A stretch of 64,000 bases of DNA from Camelus ferus (GCF_009834535.1 NC_045697.1:81966001-82030000); one strand, 5' to 3'; shown: positions 38,916-52,690, counted from the stretch's first letter. Program-made: numbers and translations. Notes: generated by a model not told the origin, from the sequence alone.

Positions 38916-39129
38916 AGAATTTATATTCATAAATTAAGTTTATAATGCCATCCATTATTTTATATATCACTGGTTTTTTTTTTTTAATATTAGTAATTGT
39001 AGATTGATACGTACTAGTAATCTTGGTAAAAAGGCAGTTCTTGTTGCTGCTATTGAAAAACTCCAGGCACTTTTTCATATGGATTAATACCACTTTTTAA
39101 ATTTCAAAATACTTAAAATGGGCAATATA

Positions 39130-39265
39130 TCCCTCATACATAATAATACGGGCAGATCAAAAAAGTTAAGCAATGAAAAATTTGGAGTCTTGGGACAAGG
39201 TCATAAAGCTAGATTTTGATATTTAGAATTTGAGTTCATGTCCCTGACTTCCAGGTCACTGGTCC
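39130..39265 (-). mobile_element. MIR SINE fragment
   Basis: 'caaggtcataaagcta...agaatttgagttcatgtccctgacttccag'. Confidence 0.45.
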
Positions 39266-41029
39266 ATCTGTATTACTGTATTTTCTCTCTGTTTAACTCC
39301 AATAGAGAAGTTGAATGTAAATTATTCTCTGTGGGGAAAAAAAAAAGTAAAAAACCTTTAATTTAATCTTGCTATTTAATCTTGGTGGATATTTTAACTA
39401 TTTTTAGAGAATTACCTAAAGTTACAAAATTTCCTCATATGATATTTCCTTAAAATGAAATGCACCTTTCAGAAATGTTTCATAATCTCTTTAATGCTAT
39501 TCCATTCAGTGTATTAATGAGCACTTTCATCGTGCAATTTTAATTCTTTTCAACCCTAGTAATGACCTTATTACCTATATACATATTAATGGATTTCTTC
39601 CTTATAATGATCTACTTCTAAACCATTTAAATATAAGGATTATATTTTAAATATGCCATTATTGCAGAGTTTCTAAGGTTTTTTTAAATAATAAATTAAT
39701 TTATTCAACTGCACTAGTTAACCGTTGAATTGATTTTCAAAGATTTCCTACAGGAGTGACTGTATAATATTCATTTTTGGATGATATATTATATATTTCT
39801 TTGGAACCAACAAAATGCTAGTTTCTTTATATAGTGACAGAGATGATTATTTTCCTCAAAGAATATATAAAGTCATAAAACTGTTAACATGGATTTGTAC
39901 TATTAGCCTCTAATCAGTCATCTGTAGTAAGAGAGCTAAATTAGAGCTATTGATATTCTTTTTAAAATTCTATAATTTTTAATAATTTATACTTTATTAA
40001 GTATTTTTTACCTAAATGATAGATATAAAATAAGATAAATAGTTAAGGACAAAGGGCAAATTTTTGACATACCAGACATAAAAGTTTTACAAGATATATG
40101 GGATTTTTAGATATTCAGTTTCTTGGATTGTTTTATATGAATACACAGAACTTTGAACTTTATTTAGATTTGATTTAAACATTAATAGTGTAATCATTTA
40201 TATTTCTTATAACTAGATAATATGTATCTTTCCTTCAGTACTGATTTAATAGGTTAGCCTGGGGATACCACAAAGTTTAAGGCAATCAGTGACATTTTTG
40301 CCAAACATTCTTGGTCATAGTGACTCTCTTGGACAGAGATATTAAAGGTTAAGTATAACCTCTTCCTCACAGAAAATCAGACTTGTGCCAATTTAGCAAG
40401 CCCCAGGAAGGAAATAACATTTTACCTAGAGTTCAGGCTTACTATATAACTTTTATTGAAAATTTCTGTATACCTCACCTTACATCTTTATTTTTTCTGT
40501 AATGAACCTATGTGCTTTAATCCTCACTTTTCTGTTGTTGAAGTTTTTAACTTCACCCTGTTACTATAACCTTTGACTTAATTGACCTGTTGGTGCCAGT
40601 GCATCTGATTTTCAGTATACCCAATCATGATAGCATCTAAATCTATTAACTTATTGGATTTTACTTGACAATTTATATTATCTTCTATGCCAGTTCTATG
40701 GTGCTTATACCCATGGTAAAGGTGCTCAAACAAAATCATTTTTTATCTCTGATCCAAGTTCTTGTGCTAATATAATATTCTAGAAGGCACTTTTATAATT
40801 TCTGTGTGACAGCTACAATATTGAGTATCCTTACTGACTTTCTGTATCAAATTCAGTCAATAGAGATATAAAGATAGTTTAATATATGTTTTTAGATTTA
40901 CTTTAAAAAGAGTGGAATTACTGAATTTAAACAAATCTACAATAAATATTAAGGGAATGTTGATGAACAGTGGTGTTAGTTATTCTTCTTCATTTCCTTC
41001 CTCATTCCCTCTCCCTCTCTCTCTCTGTG

Positions 41030-41150
41030 AAAAGCTCAGGAAATATACATGAGATACAGTTATCTGGGTACTTTAGAGAGGAACTACAGCAGAGGAGATG
41101 AGGGAGGTGTCTGACCCTGGAAGGCCCCACAGAGTCCTGCTCGGTTTACA
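41030..41150 (-). mobile_element. ERV LTR terminal fragment
   Basis: 'gcagaggagatg...gaaggccccacagagtcctgctcggtttaca' LTR-type terminus. Confidence 0.6.
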
Positions 41151-42360
41151 TTTTGGATTATTAACCGCTCGATTCACAAGGAATTTCTCCTATTCCATAT
41201 ATTAACTCTTAATTTTGTTGATAATTCCCTTTATTTTACAGAGGACTTTTTTAGTTTAGTACAGTCCCCATTGTGTATTTTTGCTTTTGTTGCCTTTGCT
41301 TTTCATGTCAAACCAAAAAAAAAAAAAAAAAAAAAAAAATTCTTCCAATTCTGCTGTCAAAGAGCTTACCCCCTATATTTTCTTTTAGGAATTGATGATT
41401 TCAGATCTTACTGTTGCCAGAATTTGGCCTCTGTATCCCTCTTACTGAATTGAGACTTGAGTTTTGGATGAACTGAAAAAGGACTCTTTCTTTCCCAGGC
41501 AAAGGAGGTCCCAGTGGGCTAATGCCCTCAAGACCGTGAGCCTGCCTGGGAGAGAAGGTAGGGGGTTTATAGTAAGAGTTGGAGGGGTGGTGCTCACTTC
41601 CACAGAGATCACATGCAGGGTAACAACTTTTTGCAAAGCTGTTCTTGTCTGTGCAGATGCACTGGTCCCCTTTCTTTTGCTGAGTATGATGTTCACCTCC
41701 AATTTTGGAACTCTTCTAGTATTCTTGTGCCTAAAACAAGCATGCTTAGGAAAGGGATCTGTAGAAAAGTGCTCTAGAGAAAAACTTGTGTAGTTTAAAG
41801 TCAGGTTGATGATATGCTTCTGGCATTTTAAGCAGACTGAGGCCCGAGACCTCTTGCTGCAGTGTTTGCACAGGCTGGGACAACAGGATACAGAGAAACC
41901 ATGATAAGTTTGTACCTGCAGACATGCGTAGTTGGGGTGAATTATGAACTCCGAGATGCACAAGACACCCAACTGCTGTCTCTGAGGTGTTGGGAACGAA
42001 AGGAAGGGGATGGTCAGATCACCCAAGTTTCCCCCTCCCTTGCAGCCTAATCCTGGTCAGCAAAAGCATGACAAAAACCCTACAGTTAAGCAGTTACAGA
42101 TACCATATGGTCACCAATGATAATAGGATCCTGCTCAGTTATAGTAAGTTTAGTCTTTAATCTACTCTGAGTTAATTTCTGTATATGGTGGGAGATAGTG
42201 GTTCAGTTTCATGTTTTTTTGCATGTCCAGTTTTCCCAACACCATCTAGTGAAGAGACTGTCCTCTCCCCAGTATATTCCTGGCTCCCTTGTCATAAATT
42301 AATTGGACCGTATATGCATGGATTTACCTCTGGACTTTCTATTCTGCTTCACTGATCTCT
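41150..42360 (-). mobile_element. LINE-1 ORF2 fragment split by an LTR (L1 at 41150-41411 and 42143-42360); contains A25 at 41315-41339
   Basis: 'tttttgcttttgttgcctttgct' ... 'tcagatcttac' resumes as 'agtctttaatc...ccagttttcccaacaccat'. Confidence 0.85.
41412..42142 (-). mobile_element. ERV1-type solo LTR nested in L1
   Basis: Begins TG, ends 'cctgctcagttata' like the 41030-41150 terminus; GC-richer block interrupting collinear L1. Confidence 0.7.
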
Positions 42361-43369
42361 GTTAGATTACTTGTAAATTAAAAATTAAAAGCCATAGAAA
42401 AGTGTATTTGACCAGAGCCTAACTATTAACGTTAAGGTTACTTGGGCATGAATTTTAGTTCTAGAATTCTAGGTAGCCATGTGGACTATGCATATTTTTA
42501 CTCATAACTGGTAAAGAACCTGAAATTTCTCCTGTATTGCTCTTTTGATACGTTAAAAAAGAGTAGGAAAGAACCTATGATGCTCAGATAACAGGAAAAA
42601 TTTCTATAGCTTTCTCCTGTTCTCATAAAATCAAATCCTTCCCAAAATATCCATTGATATAATTTTCTCCTTTTCCCTCCCAAAGGGTGGACTTTTTGGA
42701 GAAATAGCATGAATTACTGTCATGTAATTGATTCAGATAAACTTTCCAGACAGATCTCACTTTTTTTTAACATGTACTGTAATTCTTTGTTTTTTGTGCT
42801 TTTAAAAAATACTTTTCACATTGTATTATAACTGATTTCATCTGTCTTTACTAGCCTATGTTTTCCTTATGGAAAAGAACTATTTATTTTTCAGATTAAA
42901 TATTTTGCATGGTAAAAGCATAATAAATTAAAAAACAATTATTAAAAAGATATACGAATGGATTCTTTATGCATTACATATGTTCTTCTAAAATTCTGCT
43001 TTTAATTCTACTATAGATAAGCATTTGAAAAATTAGTTTCTACAGTATAATTTGAATTATCTGTAGTCATATTTAATTCAACAGATTATTGGTAAATATT
43101 CATTATCTGCAAAGCATAGCATTAGATATACAAATGCCAGTACAATACATTTTGCTTTAATGAGCTAAAATATATATGTGAATAGTATATGGTTGAATAG
43201 AGTATCAATCAAAGGTTAAACATATTAATATGTATTTATGTGAAACAATATTTTTTTAAAAATTTAGATGCAGTTGAGTAAAAATCCAACCAAAATAAGT
43301 ATTTATTGAGTCACTTATCTGCAGTGTCCCTCGGTTGAAATAAAAAAAGTTCAAAGGATATCACCTTGT

Positions 43370-43700
43370 CTCTGCACTCTGGCTTTGTTGTATTTACTAG
43401 GAGGCTGCCTCCAGAGGGTGGCTGGCTATTAGGCATAAATCTCACATTCCAAATTGAGCAAAAAAAAAAAATGAAACACCTCTCCTAGACTCTCCAGAGG
43501 AAAAAGAAATCTTGTAATTATTAAATTCCTCTGTGCCCTGAGTGATCAAAGTCACCAGACTGATGCCCTAATTAGCCAGATGGAGTCAGGCTATTCTTAC
43601 AGCTGGGAGTGGAACACGCCAACCCCAAATCACAGAAACCCAGAGTTGAGAAGAACTGGCTTCAAAATCAGATTTGAAGTGCTCCTGCTGTAAAAGTGGA
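43370..43700 (-). mobile_element. Old MaLR LTR fragment (MLT1J/K/L-like)
   Basis: 'tgtgccctgagtgatcaaagtcacc', 'cagctgggagtgga' degenerate similarity. Confidence 0.45.
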
Positions 43701-44133
43701 GAATGATAGTACTTCACTGATTGAACAACTGTTGCTAAGAGCAATCATTTCCTCCTCTAAGATCACAGAAAATAGACATTATTTCTCCTTACATTTATTG
43801 CTGGAAATGTCCATGTATAACCTGATAACCTGCAAACTTGAGAATAATGTCAGCGCTTACTAAAATAGTGGAAAAAACTCTAGATGTTTGATAAAGTTGC
43901 AGTATACAAAATACATTGAACGTTGATGGAGTACTGCCTAGTTGTTGAAATGTAAAAAGGTGGAGATGAGTTGGACAGATAGTGACTTCTGTTTAAAACA
44001 TGTTGAATTGTAGTAAATCGTAACATTTAAATAGTTTGTATTTAATAGGCAAATGAAAGGTGCAAATCATCCTATACCTGTGTTTGGGGTCTGGTATTGT
44101 GTGTGAAGTTACTGATGCTCAAATGTAACTTTA

Positions 44134-44152
44134 TGTGTGTGTGTGTGTGTGT
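44134..44152. repeat. (TG)n microsatellite
   Basis: Read directly from sequence. Confidence 0.9.
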
Positions 44153-45498
44153 ATACATAGTGACTGAGAAAATATGATATCTAGAAGGAGTACACTTACA
44201 TATCAATATAATAAGCAAATTATGTGGAAAACTAAGGGAAGTAGTTTTCTGTTTTAAATTTTGATAAAAAAAACCTCTTACTGAAAAATAAGTTATACAG
44301 TTCAGCAAGCTTTTGTGTTAGTATCTAAAACATGAATTTACATTAATGTATATATGCACATATGTGTATATGTGTACATATATTTATATACGTATATTTT
44401 ATATATCCAAAAGGTGTCACTTTAAATCTTTTTTTATCTAAAATGAGAACGTAATTTTCAATTATAAAAGATATTTTAGAAAGTAGTTCTAAAATTTATA
44501 TACAATGTACAATTTAGTTGTATGAAAATGTACACTGAATCCTTTAAATTGAGTCCCCACAGTGTGAAATTTAGTTCTTTAAATAAATTTCTAGGAATAT
44601 TTGTGAAAGGAATATGTATGTTTACAAAATGATGTTTTTCTTACCAAGGGAAACCATGCATGAATGTCTTCGAAGTAAACACCTTGTACTATTTTAGACA
44701 ATTTGGACCACATTCTTACTAAAATATACTTATCTTCATAAAGATATAGATAGATTTAATATTTGTGAAAAAATATTTTTAGATCTTCACTTAAACATCA
44801 ATTACCTGCTGATTATTTTTTCTTGTTAGTTATTCTAAGTTTTGAATTGTATGTTGAAAGAATAATAAATAATGTAAACAGGCACATCAAAATTTTACAA
44901 AAGAGCAGCAAACAAAACATGGAAGTATTTGTTTTTTCTCTGGCTCTCTTTGTCTCATCATTGTTTTTATTAAGACAGCAACATTTAACACTACAGTATT
45001 CTATAATGGCAGAGAAATAATGATCATATGTTAAAATTATCTTTATGTTATTAACATCTTTTCCTTTCTATTCTTATGGGTCTGGCGTTTCCTAGGCTTC
45101 TGGTGAATTTTCACATGAATATGCTGTTTTTAGTCATTCTGATTTATCTCACTGACAGTTCTTTACTTTGTGCCCAGTTTATAATGGTAGATGAATTGCA
45201 TTCTGATGCAATGAGGAATCTAGGTTGTAATGGTTGTGATTTGGTCCTTTCATGGTTTGATGAGGAGCTTGATTCCATTAAAAAATTCACCAGAAAATTG
45301 GCCTTCACTGTAGGTATCTACATGAATGTCCAATTGGCCACCATGATCTGTTTTCCATAATTTGTAGTCCCAAAGAATGTTGTATTTGATCTTCTAGTTT
45401 TTAACCTTCCAGGTAGCAGACCTAATGCCAGTTCCATCGATGTTAACTTAAGGTTCATTAAAAATATGATGTCTAGCAATCTGAAATATTGTCTAAGG

Positions 45499-45683
45499 CA
45501 GAGGGTGGCAAATATTTTCTATCAAGGGCCTGATAGTAAATATTTTACACTTTGTAGGCCATTTGTGGTCTCTGTAAAATAGTCACTTAAAAAAAAACAA
45601 ACCCTTTAAAAGTTTATAAAACATTCTGACCTTTCTTGCTGTCCTTACAGAAACATTTTGTGGGCTGTAGCTGTCTAACCCTG
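45499..45683 (+). mobile_element. hAT-Charlie MITE (MER58-like)
   Basis: 'cagagggtggcaaatattttct..aagggcctgatagtaaatatttta'; 8-bp TSD gtctaagg/gtccaagg. Confidence 0.88.
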
Positions 45684-46519
45684 GTCCAAGGCAAGTGTAC
45701 TACATTTCAATTCAGCCTCTTGTGCTAAGTTGTTATTCCTGTAGCTGGTTTTCCAGAGTGGCAGTTAGCCTGTATAGCTGAACTATTAGCTGAACCAGGC
45801 ACAGGCATTTAAAGAAATCTCTGCAAATCAAGGGTCTCTTTGAGACAGCTCATTGGATTCAGAGAGTGAGGTGGAGAGAAAGATTTTTCTAAAAAAGATA
45901 GTCGTCACTATTTCATGTAAGACAAATTGGTGCTAGAGCCAATCCGCCAGTAAAGATTCTCAGATAAGTTTTTTTTATATTAACTTATGAGACCTCTGGG
46001 CTCTTCCTTTGTAAGTTGTAAAGTCCAAATTGACCCACCCATCATGGGGATGTCAGACCAGAGAGGACTAAGACATCCATGGTCATGCATGTGATTTTTA
46101 AAAGGTCTAAGTAGTAGATTTAGAACTACCTTTTGTTTTTTAAAGGGATGTAGTCAATCCTGATTAATCTCTAATTCCATGTTTACAAATACATCTAATT
46201 TGCTAAGCCAAAATCAATACTCATCATATTTTTCTGCTCTTCATAGATGAACTTGAGTGGGTGAAAAATTTGAGCCACCCAGTAAACAGCATAGAATGGC
46301 CATCAATTGGAATTAAGATACTCTACATGTCTAAAAAAGGGTGACCTAGGAGTCAAATTTAATCTCTGATACTTAACTTGTGTCAGTTATCAATGTATTG
46401 CCTCTCAGTTCCAAATACACTCTTCTATACACTGTACTCTATGATGAACAACAATTTTTTTAAAGCAATACCCACTTTAAAGTGAACACAATGTTAAGCT
46501 TTCTCAAAAGAAGGCTCTG

Positions 46520-47135
46520 GTGAGACAAGGCAGGGGGAGGAGACTTCCTGCATTTCTGACTCAGTCAGGGGTCAGGATGTGGATATGAAGACATCCAGTG
46601 GAGACTGCCTCATCTGTGGTCCCAGAACACAATTGTTCTGCAACCTTGTAGTCTTGACCTGATGATAATCATTTTGCAACCCTGTCTGCATGGAAACCGT
46701 GCATGTCTGCACACAGTTACCTGTGGCCCAGAAGCACAATAAGAAGCCAAAGTTTCTGCAACCCCAGCCCACTCCCACTCCCTGCAAAGCCTTCATGCTC
46801 CAAAGGCCTTCCATCCTTCCAGATGTCTGGATTCCACTGGACCCCACACCATACTGGACACTGATTAGCTTCTCCCCACACTTCATCTCAGAGGATAGCC
46901 TATTGTTTTTCTCTCTAACTCCAGGTTAACTCTGGTTTAGCTAAGCCACTGAGCTCTTCTGTTATCCAGTGACCAAAACCAAGTATCTTTTCCAACGCCA
47001 TCTGGATTTATGCCAGGTTTGTCCTTCCATGGATCTGTCCTCAGCCCTAGGGTACTACAGAGTTTCCTTATATACCTTTTATCTTACTTTTTATCATAAT
47101 TAATAATTCTTTATAGACTTCCTCTGTTTAACCTA
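46520..47135 (+). mobile_element. Old ERV-L-type LTR (family uncertain)
   Basis: GC-richer block ending 'ttaataattctttatagacttcctctgttta', resembling ERV-L LTR 3' parts. Confidence 0.45.
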
Positions 47136-47959
47136 CACAAAGAAAAGGAAAGGGGGGAAAAAAAGAGGATGATGACTAAATCATTGTAGATAGGGAAAAG
47201 AGCGTAAGAAGCCAAAAGAATGGGATTCTCCAGGATATCTCTCCAGCCCCAGGAATCTTGGACAGCAACAGCTCAGGAGAATCTGGTTAGGAGGAAAGAT
47301 TAGGGGTCTAAAATGATGTGTCTAGCCAGCATTCATGGAAAACCTAACTGTACCATTCCACTGTATGACTTTGAACATTTTCCTTCTGCAATCATATTTC
47401 AGTATTTTATCTTTTAAAAAAGGCGTTGCTCTTTTGTTCTATGTGATAACTTAGAGGCCTGATATTCACAACTCAGAAATTTTGTCTAGGCATACTAGGA
47501 AGCACACAGTCAAGGGACAGCAAGACTAATCAGTAATCATGCTTCCAACGTAGTATCAGTCATGAGAATGTTCTTCATTCCTAATATACTTGTTTCTGAA
47601 AAAGGAGCAAGTCATGTGAATCATATCTACCCAAGATCTGTAGGTTGGCAAAGAAGAGTCACATTAGAAAACTGGTGATGACTTCACCTTTGAAATTAGC
47701 TAGCTTGTATATTTCAGAGTTTGAAGGATATTTCAACCTGGAGAGCTCATTTATTGTGAAGGAGTAGAGACAGGAATGCCACAGTACTTTCCTAAATATT
47801 GTACTTGCTTGTTCTGTAATGCTGGAGTCATCACTTAATCGAGAATGTGGCCAATGTTCAATAAATATTTAAGTGCTTCATTGCTACTTATGTTTCATCA
47901 TCTGTAAAACTGTGGAGAGAGAATGATTTATGTGATGTCTAATATCATGAATAATTATG

Positions 47960-48510
47960 GTTTTATTACCCACACTCAGAGTTACCTAGTGTCAGGAAGT
48001 AGAAAAACCTCCTCTTGGACACCTGTGCGGTTGAACTTTCTTCTGGCACTTGAAGGAGGAAATCTTTGAAACTTTGTTTCTTCTTTCAGATGGTCTAGGA
48101 AGGAAAAAAAATAGAAAGAAAAAGAAAACCTGGGCTAACCTAGTGAGAAAAAATGAGAAATAAAAGGGAAAGGGAAAGAAACTGTACTTTCCTTGAATGA
48201 GCACAGTTTTTCCTGGCTCATTTTTAAAAATAACAGTGAGCCTACGTTTACCTTGGGGTTACTTGCTTCTCACTGTGGGTTCAGTTCTAGCTCCCAGAAC
48301 TCAAACTAGACCTCTTCCCTGTAGATATGAAAGCCTCAACCATTACCCTTTGAACCCTGTACTTGACCCAATATGACCTTTCTTTTTGTATGTGTGTTTT
48401 TTCTTTATTTTCTTTCTTCTGAGAATATCTATAGATTTAAAATATTTAGGGTTTATTTTTTCTATTATTTCTTGTGTTTGTAGCTGGAAGTTGACCATTC
48501 TGGGTTAGAA
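47960..48510. mobile_element. Possible old LTR fragment
   Basis: Composition and weak motif resemblance only. Confidence 0.3.
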
Positions 48511-49210
48511 CTTTCAACCAAACTGCTAGGACTATTTGACATCACTCAATATGCAATCTTGAAGGACTTACTTTTTCCAGTCCCTACTGAAAATAAAAAT
48601 TTGATGTAGAAAAGAATATTCCAGCATTTTGGAAATGAAAAATTGCTCACATGCAGGGAAATGGGAAAGAAAGAAATACAAACTTCAGTCTGCACAATAA
48701 GACCTCTTCAACTCAATCTACACTGGGGAATAATCTCAAATCTCAAGGGCCATTCTGTGACCTCAGCTATGGCCTGGATAAAAGGAGATGAGGCAGAGCT
48801 TTACCTGGGGTTTCAAAGAAAGAGAAAAGCCATAAAGTCATTGACTGCTGCTGCCATCAACGTTCTTATCTGAATAAGAGAGTTAAAGTCTAACAAATTA
48901 AAAAGAAAAATTGATTTCTTTTCCAATTAATATAAAAATGTTAATTACAAAAGATTCACTGTCTCAGAGAAATTAAAGAACATGACTGCTCACAGAATTT
49001 AAAAGCACAATACTTTTAAAATGCTCATTGATTTATATTGCCTTTCTAAATGCCATTTGTCATTTTAGCTGGAGGAGGCTTCCTAAAGCAAAAGAAGAAA
49101 ATAATGTAGAATGATGAAAATCTGCAGCTAGTTTCTGGATATCATAGGGAAGGAAAGGCAGAGAAATAAAAAGATAAGAGTACAACTTACCTGAGAAAAG
49201 ATTATATTGA

Positions 49211-49235
49211 TTTTTTTTTTTTTTTTTTTTTTTTT
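49211..49235. repeat. T25 homopolymer
   Basis: Read directly from sequence. Confidence 0.95.
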
Positions 49236-49699
49236 AGTAATTGAGGAGATTGCATAGTCTAAGAGGCTTTACTTAGACACATACTTCAGAATTATAGTGT
49301 GTTTATCAAATTTAATTGGTCAAATGTACTTTATTTTTGTCTTATTCTGTGTGCTGCAGATAGGGATGCATAAGAGGAAGATCAGTTATTAAAAAAAGTT
49401 CCATTTACCTGTACTCTGTACATTTGGCTAAAATGTAAATAAATTATTATATAAAGTGTATTAAAGTGAAGTAGGAAGACAAAATCATGTTCAAACTTAT
49501 TTGGTGAGCTAAAGAAAGCATTTGGAATCAATTACCACTGTAAAATTACTGGACAATTTTAGATTTAAAAAGAAATAGAATTGACAGAGTAGAAAGTAAT
49601 ATTGGTGATGAAAAATAAAGATGTAAATTTTAAAAATATACTAGTACTGAATCAAATGTAGATAACATCCTGATGATTCCTATACTTAACAATATTTAT

Positions 49700-50095
49700 T
49701 TAATAGCAACAATCTTTCCCTCCAAAGACAGAGACTTAATTCTTCCAAATTTTCAAGTAATAGATGATTTGAGCCTAATAAAACTCTTCCCAAGAAATAA
49801 TTGGAGGAAATACTACCCAGGTGAAACCATGAGGCCATTATAATCTTGAAAATACATTAGAGCACAAAAATATAAAATAAATCTCACAAATAAATATGCA
49901 AAGTTGTCAAACATAGTATTCACAAAATATAAAAATATACCATAATCAAGTTGAGTATATATCAAAATTACAATCATGATGTATTAGTAAATCTATAAGT
50001 ATAATTCTTCATATAAGTGAATTAAGGAAAATATGATCGTAACAGATGCTATAAAAGTCTTTGATCAAATTCTATCTCCAAACATGATAAAACTC
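49700..50095 (+). mobile_element. Very old LINE-1 ORF2 fragment (L1ME/L1M5-like)
   Basis: 'gaggccattataatcttga', 'taccataatcaagttgag', 'acagatgctataaaagtctttgatcaaattc'. Confidence 0.6.
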
Positions 50096-50573
50096 CCAGT
50101 TCTTCTTGTGTAACATCACGCTGGAAGACTCCATATGCAGCCTGACTCTGCATTCACTAGTCTATTTCAGTGGTCAGTTTTTAATCTGGTACCTCATAGT
50201 TGATAAATGTGGCTTTGTAGTGCATTTTATAGGGTAAGTAATTTCCCTATCTTTTGTTAAGATTTGCTTAGCTCTAGATGACATCTCTTCTGTTTACAAA
50301 TTTTAGAGTAAACTATTTATTCAAGTTGCTCAAAAATTCCAGTGAAAACTTTATGAAGATTGAAATTATTTATAAAGTAATTTGGGGAGAATTGGCATCT
50401 ATAAAGAATTCTGTCCTCCTCTCAAACTATAGAATGGTTTAGATAAAACTTCTATTATTAAAGGTTTAATTTCTTCTTTTAAGGATACATTTGTGAACAT
50501 TTGTTTGAATTCATTGATTTTTAGATTAAGATCTTTATTGCTATCAAAAATAGTATATTATATGGTATTTTCT

Positions 50574-51732
50574 TTTTTTTAACATTTTTTATTGATTTAT
50601 AATCATTTTACAATGTTGTGTCAAATTCCAGTGTTCAGCACAATTTTTCAGTTATTCATGGACATATACACACTCATTGTCACATTTTTTTCTCTGTGAG
50701 TTATCATAACATTTTGTGTATATTTCCCTGTGCTATACAGTGTAGTCTATTCTACAATTTTGAAATCCCAGTCTATCCCTTCCCACCCTCCACCCCCCTG
50801 GTAACCACAAGTCTATATTCTCTGTCTGTGAGTCTATTTCTGTCCTTTATTTACGCTTTGTTTTTGTTTGTTTGTTTTTGTTTTTGTTTTTTAGATTCCA
50901 CATATGAGTGATCTCATATGGTATTTTTCTTTCTCTTTCTGGCTTACTTCACTTAGAATGACATTCTCCAGGAGCATCCATGTTGCTGCAAATGGCGTTA
51001 TGTTGTCGGTTTTTATGGCTGAGTAGTATTCCATTGTATAAATATACCACTTCTTCTTTATCCAGTCACCTGTTGGTGGACCTTTAGGCTGTTTCCATGT
51101 TTTGGCTATTGTAAATAGTGCTGCTATGAACATTGGGGTGCAGGTGTCATCCTGAAGTAGATTTCCTTCTGGATACAAGCCCAGGAGTGGGATTCCTGGG
51201 TCATATGGTAAGTCTATTCCTAGTCTTTTGAGGAATCTCCACACTGTTTTCCATAGTGGCTGCACCAAACTGCATTCCCACCAGCAGTGTAGGAGGGTTC
51301 CCCTTTCTCCACACCCTCTCCAGCATTTGTCATTTGTGGATTTTTGAATGATGGCCATTCTGACTGGTGTGAGGTGATACCTCATTGTAGTTTTGATTTG
51401 CATTTCTCTGATAATTAGTGATATTGAGCATTATTTCATGTGCTTTTTGATCAATTGTATGTCTTCCTTGGAGAATTGCTTGTTTAGGTCTTCTGCCCAT
51501 TTTTGGATTGGGTTATTTTTTTCTTATTGAGTCGTATGAGCTGCTTATATATTCTGGAGATCAAGCCTTTGCCGGTTTCACTTGCAAAAATTTTCTCCCA
51601 TTCCGTAGGTTTTCTTCTTGTTTTATTTCTGGTTTCCTTTGCTGTGCAGAAGCTTGTAAGTTTCATTAGGTCCCATTTGTTTATTCTTGCTTTTATTTCT
51701 TCTAGGAGAAAATTTTTTAAATGTATGTCAGA
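50574..51732 (-). mobile_element. Young 5'-truncated LINE-1 with a perfect 15-bp TSD
   Basis: TSD tatatggtattttct at 50559-50573 and 51733-51747; ORF2 C-terminus plus 3'UTR. Confidence 0.97.
50891..51403 (-). pseudogene. L1 ORF2p C-terminal 170 aa (open frame within a truncated element)
   Basis: '[19 protein letters not shown]...[18 protein letters not shown]...[10 protein letters not shown]'. Confidence 0.95.
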
Positions 51733-52029
51733 TATATGGTATTTTCTGGTGTTTTAATTATCATAAAGACTTGTTTGTCATTTTTATATTTTGGATGATA
51801 GCAACCTTGATTAAATCTTATTAGATTTAATAGTAATTGATTGTAACTTACTTGATTCTTAACTTCTGCACTTTTTCATCTCTTTATATTTTATCCATTC
51901 ACTTCATCTTTATTTTTCCTTCATATAAGAGCCAATGACGTTAAATTTTAAGTGGATGAGACCTAGGGCCAATCACTTTTAATCTCACAGCTCAAGTGGG
52001 AGAAAAAATATATAGAGCAATGGCAATAC

Positions 52030-52690
52030 TAATATGTGGATGGTGTGTTTCTATATTGGTACAAATTATTTGGAAAATAAGTTGACATTATCTTTAAAGT
52101 TGAGCAGTGTATATCTGTATGAGAAGTAATCCTATCCCTAAGTACCTTAAAAAGCTCAAGTTTATATATGAGAGATGTCTGAAAGACTGTTCTTAGGAAT
52201 GAAAATAAAGCAAAAAAAGAAATCAAGAACCTTCCATTTTGAGAAGAATAAATAAATAGATTATGGAATGTTTACATGGTAGAATATTATGCATTTGTTA
52301 AAATAAACATCTGTTATACCCAGCAATTTAGATATATGTTGGAAGTATTCAGATGTATTATAAAAAGAATAGCCCAGAAGATTGTATACAATATGATACC
52401 ATTATATGGCACAAATACAGCAAAACTAAACAGTATTTTGGTTTTTTTGACACAAACTATAAATGACAAAGTTACACTTTAAAAAGTATGGGAATAGCAA
52501 ACACTAAAGTGAAAAAAAAAATTGTACTTCAGTGTGAAAAAGAGGGTCTGTAATTTGGTAGATGCTATTTTAATTCTCATGCTAGTTTGGAGATTGGGAG
52601 TATTATATTTATGTTTTTTTTAGTATGATTTAACACATAAGTATGTGGCATGCATTTTGTACTTAATAAATACTACATTAAAATAATACA
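52030..52690 (+). mobile_element. Very old LINE-1 3' end (L1ME-like)
   Basis: 'ttggtacaaattatttggaaaata', 'gaataaataaatagattatgg..tggtagaatattatgca', 'tacaatatgataccatt'. Confidence 0.7.

Noticed and set aside
40230..40800. Possible ancient repeat relic
   Set aside because: No motif I can support
41442..42026. 194-aa minus-strand ORF and overlapping 109-aa plus-strand ORF
   Set aside because: Both lie inside an LTR-like insertion with no recognisable domain; likely chance ORFs in GC-richer DNA
49211..49235. T25 as the tail of a processed pseudogene
   Set aside because: No adjacent polyA signal, TSD or coding body
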